DNA of 64,000 nt, from NCBI RefSeq assembly GCF_006345805.1, contig NC_043018.1, positions 13,640,001 to 13,704,000 on the forward strand, in the 5' to 3' direction. Numbering within the stretch: position 1 is the stretch's first letter; each line of letters starts with the position of its first letter. The notes beneath the pieces are model-generated. The model did not search any database, was not told the origin of the DNA, and saw nothing but the letters and a program-made list of their open reading frames with translations. The DNA is from Octopus sinensis. Taxonomy: Eukaryota. Shown piece after piece: positions 38,299 to 50,330 of this stretch. Both the position numbers and the translations under genes were made by a program.

Positions 38299-38416
38299 GA
38301 TAGCTACAGGATTAGTGTAACCTAAATTTCAGCTGTTGACCTTTGCTTCTTTGTAGGAATAAAGCTTCCGTTTCTAATGACTCCCGTTGTTTTATTTCTC
38401 TATCAGTAGGTGCGTG

Positions 38417-38480
38417 ATGAAAAGCATCAGTGTCCTATTGTTTTGTGTATCCATTTCATACACCTTCTCCGATAAACAAA
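38417..38480 (+). CDS. Knottin gene K4, coding exon 1 (signal peptide MKSISVLLFCVSISYTFSDKQ)
   Basis: TCTCTATCAGTAG|GTGCGTG-ATG...CAA A|GTAAGT; 64 nt, phase 1. Confidence 0.9.
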
Positions 38481-39149
38481 GTAAGTATAATAAGAAATAT
38501 CTTTTATTTTATAGTCATCAGGTATGTAGTGGGAGAAAAGAGGGAGAGAAGAAAAATGAATAACCTTACCCCAGCGGTACTTCGTATGGACCCCATTTAT
38601 ATGTAATTACAACTTTCAAAGAAATAACTCTACACATAGGTCAAATATTCAGAATTACGATTCTTCAACATAATATAAAACATTTCATTAACAATATGAC
38701 TGACGAATCTTTTATATACAAACCAAGAAGAATTCTAGTGGTGTGCTCTGATCTGTTACTTCTATATAAGATCAGAAGGTAAGCACGGCCGAAATGCCGC
38801 TAAGCATATAGTCTGTCGAGCTAAGAATTCCGTCAGTTCGCCACCGCCTTTTGGACTCATAATTATTAAAATCATTAAAGAATAGAATCAGCAGGAGCTG
38901 TATATAATGTCTCGTGTATTTTTTGTTTGTTTGTTTGTTTTCTTCTCTTTCCTTTTTATTGCTCCATTGGTTTTTATCTCCTTTATGCATTAGAAATGTC
39001 CATCACTACAGTGATGGGCCATATTAACAGTCTGAGAGAGGAAATATGAGTTCCAGTCGTAATGATCCTGCATCTTTTGTGTATTTCTACACAAAACTTT
39101 GGTAAATTGATATCTAATTCTTCCGTGTGTATTTCAATGTCTCTTTCAG

Positions 39150-39210
39150 ACATATCTCCCGTCCATCAACAGACAGGAGCTAACGTAAGTTGGAGTGAAA
39201 TGAGTCGTAG
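39150..39210 (+). CDS. K4 coding exon 2 (propeptide NISPVHQQTGANVSWSEMSRS)
   Basis: CTCTTTCAG acceptor, TAG|GTAAGA donor; 61 nt, phase 1 to 2. Orthologous position in the K6 duplicate. Confidence 0.87.
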
Positions 39211-39230
39211 GTAAGAACTACATATCTACA

Positions 39231-39615
39231 TCTCTCTCTATATAAACGGCAGTTTGTCTGTGCGTGTTTCTGTGTGTCTGTTTTCTCGTACCCTCACTCT
39301 GACCACGGCTTTCAACCGATTCTGATGTAACTTGACACACACATAGCCCAATGTCATAATTCAAAACTAACGCAGCGAAAATTTTGAAAAGTTCCCCCAG
39401 TTCTGAAAAAGATCGATAAATTCGACATGGGGTCGAGAATCTGAAACCCAAACCACAGACCGTCTAGGGGACGCAACTCCACCTTTTTTATCCCTCAAAA
39501 AAAATTTACCATAATTTTTTTTCCATTTTTTTGCTATTTTTTGGCTATAACTCTCTAAAAATGCTTTATAGTTATTTCCCTTACAAACCCGAGCAACGCC
39601 GGGCGATACTGCTAG
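39231..39615 (+). mobile_element. Non-autonomous Helitron in K4 intron 2
   Basis: TC start, CCCG..CGGG hairpin and CTAG end, inserted at A^T. Empty site is present in the K6 paralog near 59792. Confidence 0.85.
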
Positions 39616-40823
39616 TATCTTATATATGTAATTAATTTAGTATTGCCCAGGCGGTAAGCTGTCACAATCATTAGCACTCTGGATAAAACACTTTGTGGCA
39701 CTAATTCCGGCTTTAAGTTTGGGGTTGAAATTTCGCCGATGTTGACTGCATCTTCCATTATTTCTGGGCCGCTGAAATAAATGCTAGCTGGGAGCAAGTG
39801 TCCATGTAACAGAGTAGCAGCCTCCATCAACGTTTCAGGCCCTTGTGTCTATGATAGAAAAGTTATTAAATATTGGCAAATTCAAATTCTGAGACGGTTT
39901 CTAAATTATAGTTTCTGCGTAACAGAAAATCTGAAAGGGGAAGATATGAAGCGAGATTTATCGAAAGGAAAATTACTTTCATGAGTAAAAATCAAATAAT
40001 ATTTATTACAAAATTTATTAAAGATTTATTGAGATATGTGTGTAGATATGACTGTGTGGTTAGAAATACATTTAGTAACCACCAAGTTTCAGGTTCAAAT
40101 GCTTGAGCAAGGTTTTTGTTACTATGGCGCCGAGGCGAGCAATAACATCTCAACGAATGTGGTAAACGACCGGTCTTCCATATTTTCACTCATCAACTTC
40201 CATATTGTATTTGTAATGTGCGACCATCCGGTACAAAAATATTTTGTTCATAGTGTTCAAATGTATGCTCTGTGCACTGGGTCATTCTCTCCATCAATTC
40301 GACGTGGCCTGAACAGCTACAATGATAAGTATTGGGGGCTATTTGTTCCACCAAATTCTTGAATATTGGAATAAATCAAGCTTCTAACGATGTTCAAAAT
40401 TCCACTACCATAACCGATAGGAAAACAAACAGATAAAATACGTTGATATAAATCTTTTATATAGTAAATGTGCAGGTGTTGAAGGGATCGCAGAACAGCA
40501 AGAGATAAAATGCTATGCTCAAGAACGCTACGCACGATTTGGCCTAGGAATGGAACTTACGATCTCATTGTTGTGAGTATCTCAGCCTAATTAGTAGGCC
40601 ATGCACATTTACTATAGGAAAGATTTATATCAACGTTTTTTATCTGTTTGTTTTCATGATGGTTATGGTAGTGGAATTTTGAACATCGTTGGAGGTTTGA
40701 TTTATTTCAGCATTCCAGTATATGGCGGAACAAATTGCTCCCAATATTTATTCATTTTAAATGTGGCACGTGAAGAGGTCAACAAAATTTGCAATGCGCA
40801 GTGGAGCAAACACACAGGGTAAT

Positions 40824-43731
40824 GCATACATACATACACACATACATACATACATACATACATACATACATAATACATACATACATACATGCATACATAC
40901 ATACACACATACATACATACATACATACATACATTCATACATACACACATACATACATACATACATACATACATACATACAACATACATACATACATACA
41001 TTCATACATACATACATACATTCATACATACATACATACATACATACATACATACATTCATACATACATACATACATTCATACATACATACATACATTCA
41101 TACATACATACATCATTCATACATACATACATACATACATACAACATACATACATACACATACATACATACATACATCATACATACATACATACATACAT
41201 ACATACATACATACATACATACATAACATACATACACATACATATACATTCATACATACATACATTCATACATACATACATTCATACATACATACATACA
41301 TTCATACATACACACATCATACATACATACATACATACATTCATACATACATACATCATACTACATACATACATACATACATACATACATACATACATAC
41401 ATACATTCATACATACCATACATACATACATACATACATACATACATGCATACATCCATACATACATACATGCATACATCCATACATACATACATACATA
41501 CATCCATACATACATACATACATACATACATACATACATACATACATCATACATACATACATACATACATACATACATACATTCATACATACATACATAC
41601 AATACATACATACATACATACATACATTCATACATACATACATACATACATACATACATACATCATACATACATACATTCATACATACATACATACATAC
41701 ATACATACATACATACATTCATACATACATACATACATACATACATACATACATACATACATTCATACATACATACATACATACATACATTCATACATAC
41801 ATACATTCATACATACATACATACATACATTCATACATACATACATTCATACATACACACATACATACATACATACATACATTCATACATACAAACATAC
41901 ATACATACATACATACATACATACATTCATACATACATACATACATTCATACATACATACATTCATACATACATACATACATACATACATACATTCATAC
42001 ATACATACATTCATACATACATACATACATACATTCATACATACATACATTCATACATACACACATACATACATACATACATACATACATACATACATTC
42101 ATACATACATACATACATACATACATACATACATACATTCATACATACATACATACATACATACATACATTCATACATACATACATACATACATACATAC
42201 ATTCATACATACATACATTCATACATACACACATACATACATACATACATACATACATACATACATTCATACATACATACATTCATACATACATACATAC
42301 ATACATACATACATACATTCATACATACATACATTCATACATACATACATTCATACATACACACATACATACATACATACATACATACATTCATACATAC
42401 ATACATTCATACATACACACATACATACATACATACAAACATACATACATTCATAAATACATTCATACATACACACATACATACATACATACATACATAC
42501 ATACATTCATACATACATTCATACATACATACATACATACATTCATACATACATACATACATACATTCATACATACACACATACATACATACATACATTC
42601 ATACATACATGTATACATACATTCATACATACACACATACATACATACATACATTCATTCATACATACATACATACATACATACATACATTCATACATAC
42701 ACACATACATACATACATACAAACATACATACATTCATACATACATACATACATACACACATACATACATACATACATTCATACATACACACATACATAC
42801 ATACATACATTCATACATACATTCATACATACATACATACATACATTCATACATACATTCATACATACATTCATACATACACACATACATACATACATAC
42901 AATCATACATACATACATTCATACATACATACATACATTCATACATAACATACATACATACATACATTCTACATACATACATACATAACATACATACATA
43001 CATTCATACATACACACACATACATACTACATACATACATACATACACACATACATACATACATACATAATACATACATACATACATACATACATACACA
43101 CATACATAATACATACATTCCATACATACATACATACATACATTCATACATACACACATACATACATACATCATTCATACATACATACATACATACATAC
43201 ATACATTACATACATACATTCATACATACACACATACATAACATACATACATACATAATCATACTACACATACATACATACATACATTCATACATACTTC
43301 ATACATACATACATTCATACATACATACATACACATTCATACATACATACTACATACATACATACATACATACATACATACACATACATACATACATACA
43401 TGCATACATACATACATCATACATACATCCATACATACATACATACAGACATACATACATACATACATTCATACATACTACATACATAATACATACATAC
43501 ATACATGCATACATACATACATAACTACATACATAATACATACATACATACATACAATACATACATACATACATTATACATACATACATACATACATACA
43601 TACATACTACATACATTCATACATACACATACATACATTCATACATACATACATACATACAACATTCATACAATCATACATACATACATACATACATACA
43701 TACATACTACATACATACATACATACATACA

Positions 43732-43762
<31 letters not shown>

Positions 43763-45166
43763 CATACATACATACATACATACATCTACATACATACATC
43801 ATACATACATACATACATACACATACATCATACATCATACATACATTATACATACATACATACATACATTCACATACATACATACATAACATACATCATA
43901 CATACATACATACATACATACATTCATACATACATACATACATACATACATACATACATTCATACATACATACTACATACATACATACATACATACATAC
44001 ATACATACATACATTCATACATACATACATACATACATACATACATACAATACATACATACATACAACATACATACATACATACACAAATCATACATAAC
44101 ATACATACATACATACATCAACATACATACATACATATACATACATCATACATACATACATACATTCATACATACATACAATCATACATACATACATACA
44201 TACATATACATACATACATCATACATACATTCATACATTACATACATACATTACATACATTCATACATACATTCATACATACCACATACATACATACAAT
44301 ACATACATTCATACATAATACATACATACATAATACATTCATACATACATACATCCATACATACATACATACATACATACATTCATACATACATACATTC
44401 ATACATACATACATACATACATACATACAAACATACATACATACATACATCATACATACATACATACATACATACATACATAACATACATTCATACATAC
44501 ATACATACATACATACATACATACATACATACATACATTCATACATACATACATTCATACATACATACATACATACATACATACATACATACATACATAC
44601 ATTCATACATACATACATTCATACATACATACATACATACATACATACATACATACATACATACATACATACATACTACATACATACATACATACATACA
44701 TACATTCATACATACATACATACATACATACATACATTCATACATACATACATGCATACATACATACATACATACATTCATACATACATTCATACATACA
44801 TACATTCATACATACATACATACATACATTCATACATACATACATACATACATACATACATACATACATACATACATACATTCATACATACATACATTCA
44901 TACATACATACATACATACATACATACATACATACATACATTCATACATACATACATACATTCATACATACATACATACATACATTCATACATACATACA
45001 TACATACATACATACATACATACATACATACATACATTCATACATACATACATTCATACATACATACATACATACATACATACATACATTCATACATACA
45101 TACATACATACATACATACATACAACATACATACATACATTCATACATACATACATACATACATAG
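40824..45166. repeat. 4.3-kb (CATA)n microsatellite in K4 intron 2
   Basis: Directly visible; source of the HTYI and MYVC ORFs. Confidence 0.99.
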
Positions 45167-45680
45167 AATGATTCAAGAATATATTGAATTATTCTGATTG
45201 AAAATCTGGAACAAAAAGAAGAATTTTAAACTCAATACCTCGTGGCTAAATACTCTAACGAGGATTAATAAGGTGTCTACATAAATCCAAATGTATGAAA
45301 CACGTCAAAATACAGAAATTTAATTACTTAAATTTACATATTTGCTTTTTATTAATTGAAGATATTTAATGTTCCACGAATGCCTTTAACATTATTGATG
45401 TATAACAACTTCAACAAAAACATTCACCATTAATTACAAATGTTTATATTGTGAAAAACATGAAATAAATTTATCAAATAAATATCATTGAGTTATAATA
45501 ATGTTTCATCAAAAAATTTTGTCGTATATTAATTTGTACTTGCAGCATTCATATTTTGAGTTTAAGTCCCGTGAGAATCTTTAGTTCTATCGACGTCGAT
45601 AAGATAAATACCAGTATAGTCTAATCCTTTTTCCCGCAAATTCCTTGCCTTCTCCCTTAATGAGAAACCATAATTTAATA

Positions 45681-46068
45681 CGTAAAGTATACTAGCCATC
45701 TCAATATAGCTAACCACTAAGGGTGGGTGTTACTGTTGCTTTTAGCCCCAGGAGATCATCGTCTCCAGCTGGCTTTAGGCACACTTTCTGTGCCCTTATG
45801 GTATTTGCAAAGGGAGGTCATCCCTCTCTCGTAAACCTAAGTGATACGCACGGACTGCAGTTTCGAGGTATTTGCCTCTTGTCAACGTACGGCAATCACC
45901 GGTTTTCCATGAGGGAACCTGTTTGCAAATATCTATATAATGTTTTTCCCAGTAACTTCCGTCACTGATTTCGAAAAACTGTCTGCAAGCAATAATAAAT
46001 CTCTGAACGAGATGTAAACAGTAACCGCTCGACAACGACAACTACTTCGGCAAATACCTCGAAACTGT
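45681..46068 (-). mobile_element. Hammerhead-bearing insert flanked by 43-bp imperfect direct repeats
   Basis: Repeats at 45638-45680 and 46069-46111; ribozyme at 45848-45890 plus an inverted half copy at 46049-46067. Confidence 0.6.
45848..45890 (-). ncRNA. Minimal type I hammerhead ribozyme, U3-A8 core variant
   Basis: GUACG-UUGACAA-GAGG CAAAUA CCUC-GAAA-CUGCAG-UC-CGUGC: same loop 2 as the 3947 copy, palindromic stem III. Confidence 0.85.
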
Positions 46069-46140
46069 AAATTCCTTGCCTTTTCCGTTAATGAGAAACC
46101 ATAATTTAATAATATTTCCTAATACATTCTGTATTTTCAG

Positions 46141-46369
46141 TGACAAGATCAAGAGAGCAGCTACATGTTCAATAGGGTCTTGTGGAGAAGCTGCCTTCAA
46201 GAGATGCTGCGGCCATAGCAGATGTATATGTTTTGTGGTGCCCGGGGGCACTCGTTGCATGTGTATGCTCCATGCGGGGGCGGCGGCTGGTAACGCTGTA
46301 CTGCAAACTGTAAGCGCTTTTCTCGTTTTTCTTGTGAATTTCCATTTTATTGGCGTTCTGCTCCTGTGA
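46141..46369 (+). CDS. K4 coding exon 3: KIKR site, knottin AATCSIGSCGEAAFKRCCGHSRCICFVVPGGTRCMC, GPI-like tail
   Basis: TGTATTTTCAG acceptor, phase 2. Spacing C-4-C-7-CC-4-C-1-C-8-C-1-C; tail MLHAGAAAGNAVLQTVSAFLVFLVNFHFIGVLLL*. Spliced ORF is 117 aa. Confidence 0.92.
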
Positions 46370-47099
46370 ATCTTGTGGATAGATTGCATACGACAGATTG
46401 TTTTTCATGCAAGTAGAAAGTCAATGAGACCACGAAGACACAGACTTTGATGTTTTAGGTGAAGAGAATTTAGAACTGTAATGCGCAAATTACCCAAAGG
46501 ATCCAGACAAACGGCAAGCACTCAACTACAAGAACATCAACTAGCGTTGTTGCTGCTGCTGCTACAGCTTCAACAACAACAAAATGAAAAACTACTACTA
46601 CTGCTACTTTTCCAATTTTTAGACTAACTCAGTTCTTACATCCTATAACAAAAGAGAACTATGAACGAACATCAAAAATAAAATGGTAAAAGAAGAGAAA
46701 GTGTGTAAACCATAAACAACTGGTAATCGATTTGTCTAACATGAATTAAGACGACGATTTTCTACATAATATACTAATCTGGCAAATCTTAATGAAATGC
46801 CAATTAAATAAATTTATTAAGCAATGGCGAATTCTCCTTGCTTCGTTCTACGCTGTTGCGTTCGTTTTTAATTCGTGGTGATAATTGTTAATATTTACAT
46901 TGCAGTGTCACACAGTGGTTTTGCAAAAACATATTCATTGTGATTGTGCTTTCGTCGATAAAGCAGTCATGATTGGATTGGCAGTTGATGGCAGGCGATT
47001 GAATTGTGACCACCTCCAACGCTCTTTTTACAGACATCAAATGTATAAGCTCCCACGGTCCACACGGTCCATCAGATGATTGCACTTCATTTCTCTTTC

Positions 47100-47518
47100 T
47101 CTTTTCTCTTTTACTTGTTTCAGTTATTTTTTGACTGCGGCCATGCTGGAGCACCGCCTTTAGTCGAGCAAATCGACCCCAGAACTTATTCTTTGGAAGT
47201 CTAGTACTTATTCTATCGGTCACTTTTGCCGAACCGCTAAGTTATGGGGGACGTAAACACACCAGCATCGGTTGTCAAGCGATGTTGGGGGCACAAACAC
47301 AGACACACATACACACACACACACACATATATATACATGCATAAACATATATACGACGGGTTTCTTTCAGTTTCTGTCTACCAAATCTACTCACAAGGCT
47401 TTGGTCGGCCCGAGGCTATACTAGAAGACACTTGCCCAAAGTGCCACGCAGTGGGACTGAACCCGGAACTATGTGGTTGGTAAGCAAACTACTTACCACA
47501 CAGCCACTCCTACGCCTA
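47100..47518 (-). mobile_element. SINE family B
   Basis: Near-identical to 19955-20392. Confidence 0.88.
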
Positions 47519-47627
47519 TATTTGGTGATGATTTTACAGTAATTTCTGGCAAATGGAGCGACCACACAGTCTTCCCCGTTTTCTAGATCTAGGTTGCAAT
47601 ACTGAAGAAAGATGTCAGATAATTACG

Positions 47628-47661
<34 letters not shown>

Positions 47662-47689
47662 ATATAATATATATATATATAATAAATAT

Positions 47690-48134
47690 TAGGGAATAAA
47701 TCCAAACTTACAGGGAAAAATCAGATTTAGGATTGAATCCAATTTTATAGTAAAATATTATATTATATTAAATTAGAGACAAAACCACTATTAGGCAAAT
47801 CAAACAATGAAAGACTTAAGCCAATACATATGATTAATTTATATTATTTAAATATGTAACAAAATTATTAAAAAATATAATTAATATCCCACTACGATCG
47901 TTTCCTGCCTGCTGTCTTCAAATGTTTGAGTCGCAGTCATTCATCAGGTGGTTTAAAAATTTTTCTTGGCGAGTTTTAAACAATGAAGACAGCAGGCAGG
48001 AAACGATCGTAGTTTAATTATATTTTTTAATAATTTTGTTACATATTTAAATAATATAAATTAATCATATGTATTGGCTTAAGTCTTTCATTGTTTGATT
48101 TGCCTAATAGTGGTTTTGTCTCTAATTTAATATA
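47690..48134. mobile_element. Tail-to-tail Penelope pseudo-LTR fold-back
   Basis: Arms 47764-47920 and 47984-48134 are near-perfect inverted copies (6-bp indel); same family as 54690-54985. Confidence 0.8.
47889..47951 (-). ncRNA. Type I hammerhead ribozyme in a Penelope pseudo-LTR
   Basis: CCAC-CUGAUGA-AUGACUGC...GCAGGCAG-GAAA-CGAUCG-UA-GUGG; palindromic stem III ACGAUCGU. Confidence 0.75.
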
Positions 48135-48978
48135 TATATATAACAGATGTGAGGAGCGAAATCCTTGAAAGGGATGTCAAACACCCAACCCTGCAGCTAC
48201 AGTCCAAGTAAAGAATATGTATATATATAAATATATATCCAATATTTTCAAAGACAGGGGAGGAAGTTTAAGGAAAGGACAAAATTTGTTCGCCTCTGGG
48301 CTACAAAAGGTCTTTGTATATTTTTGTTGGTTGTAATAATTCATAGCAATATGTAATTCTTGATGATGAATCTCATTTGTATTTCATGAAGAGTTTTTCG
48401 TTCTTGTCTTTGGAATTAATTAAACACTGAAACAACTTATAGAAGGTATATTGGTTCTGTACCAACTTGGGTTTGAATTGAATTGAAGTTCGTCGACACT
48501 TACAATTTTTTCCTTCATTTACTTTTATATATATATATATATAGGTGCAAAATTTAAGTTAGTTGAAATACGCTTGTTCTTTAATGATTTTAATAATTAT
48601 GAGTCCAAAAGGCGGTGGCGAACTGACGGAATTCTTAGCTCGACAGACAATATGCTTAGCAGCATTTCGGCCGTGCTTACCTTCTGATCTTATATAGAAG
48701 TAACAGATCGGAGCACACCACTAGAATTCTTCTTGGTTTGTATATAAAAGATTCGTCAGTCATATTGTTAATGAAATGTTTTATATTATGTTGAAGAATC
48801 GTAATTCTGAATATTTGACCTATGTGTAGAGTTATTTCTTTGAAAGTTGTAATTACATATAAATGGGGTACATACGAAGTACCGCTGGGGTAAGGTTATT
48901 CATTTTTCTTCTCTCCCTCTTTTCTCCCACTACATACCTGATGACTATAAAATAAAAGATATTTCTTATTATACTTAC

Positions 48979-49042
48979 TTTGTTTATCGGAGAAGGTGTA
49001 TGAAATGGATACACAAAACAATAGGACACTGATGCTTTTCAT
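48979..49042 (-). pseudogene. K5: orphan inverted copy of the K4/K6 signal-peptide exon
   Basis: 64 nt identical to K4 and K6 exon 1 with intact splice sites. Intron homology stops at about 48578 and no exon 2 is found downstream. Confidence 0.8.
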
Positions 49043-49639
49043 CACGCACCTACTGATAGAGAAATAAAACAACGGGAGTCATTAGAAACGGAATCTGCAG
49101 CTGAAATTTAGGTAACACTTATTTTTTTCGCTATCCAAACTTATTTCACTGAAAATCCGAGCTTCACGACATTATCGTTTAAACAATAAGTAGCTAATTT
49201 AATTGCACCAAAAGTACTAATGCAAATTTAATTCCACCAAAAGAACTAATGTAAATATATAACTGAGGTGAAGATGATGTCTTCGAAGCATTTGTCCGTA
49301 AATGTTCTCTATACTGTTGACTGTGAATGAAATGTTCTTACTTCAAAAGTATCTGGCTTCTATAGCTATATTGGTTTTACTTCTGTCCGAAACAAGGATT
49401 TGAGGCTTGTCAAATACTTACACACATACACACACCATCATCTAAAAATGATGTATAAAAACCTGTTGTTTTTACTGCTATGTCAAAGATAGACCAAAAC
49501 TAGAATGCATTCACACGTTTCAAATCAAAGAATACTGGTGCAACAACTCAATAAAAACAGCAACCCGATGATAGCAAAATTGTTGCATGGATTTGAGGGC
49601 TGCAGTCGTGCTCTGTTGCAAAGTTTGATGGATGTGAAT

Positions 49640-50330
49640 GTCTCGTCATGAAAAAAGAAAATAAGAACATCTTTCGTAAATTAATGAGAAATGTACAGCA
49701 CAAATATCCAGCCTAAATATGTTTACTTGTTTCTTCACAAATAATTAGCATTAACCAAAACATTAGAATTAGAAAAGCTCGAGCTCATCCAAAAAGTGCG
49801 GGGTAAACTGATTCATATTTTCCAAATACAATTCTTTGTACCATAAGCACAAGTGCTGGATTTTGCAGGGAGGTGGATAGTCGATCACATCGACCCCAGT
49901 ACTCAACTGGTACTTAATTTATCGAACCCGAAATGATGAAGGGAAAAGTCGACTTCGTCAGAATTTGAACTCAGAACGTAGCGGCAGACGAAATACCGCT
50001 AAGCATTTCGCCCGTCGTGCTAACGATTCTGCCAGCACGCCGCCTTACATTTTTACAAATACAACCGATGAGATATAAAGTGAGAATTTGTAAAACATTC
50101 CGTTTATTCTCTCTGTTTGCCGTTCTTGGACTGTACACATGCAAACAGCCAACAAACAAATTAAGCTCTACCACTACCACCACCACCACCACCATCATCA
50201 TTACCATAACATACTCTGTCTATTGCTATTACTAATTCACACACAGCCACAATGAATAATTGAAATGCTACATACGTGTTACATTAGAACGGTATTCATA
50301 TAAAGCGCTCTCGAACTTTCTCTTGGGCAG
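49640..50330 (-). promoter_or_regulatory. Inverted conserved upstream block of K5
   Basis: Shares motifs such as ACAGCCACAATGAATAAT and CATCATTACCATAAC with the reverse complement of the K4 and K6 blocks. Confidence 0.45.

Noticed and set aside
39062-39101. Alternative first exon MILHLLCISTQNF with a GTAAAT donor
   Set aside because: Too short for a signal peptide and needs a 48-nt intron; the true signal exon is at 38417-38480.
40761-45171. 769-, 699- and 553-aa His/Thr/Tyr/Ile ORFs and the MYVC ORFs
   Set aside because: (CATA)n lacks stops in some frames; intronic microsatellite.
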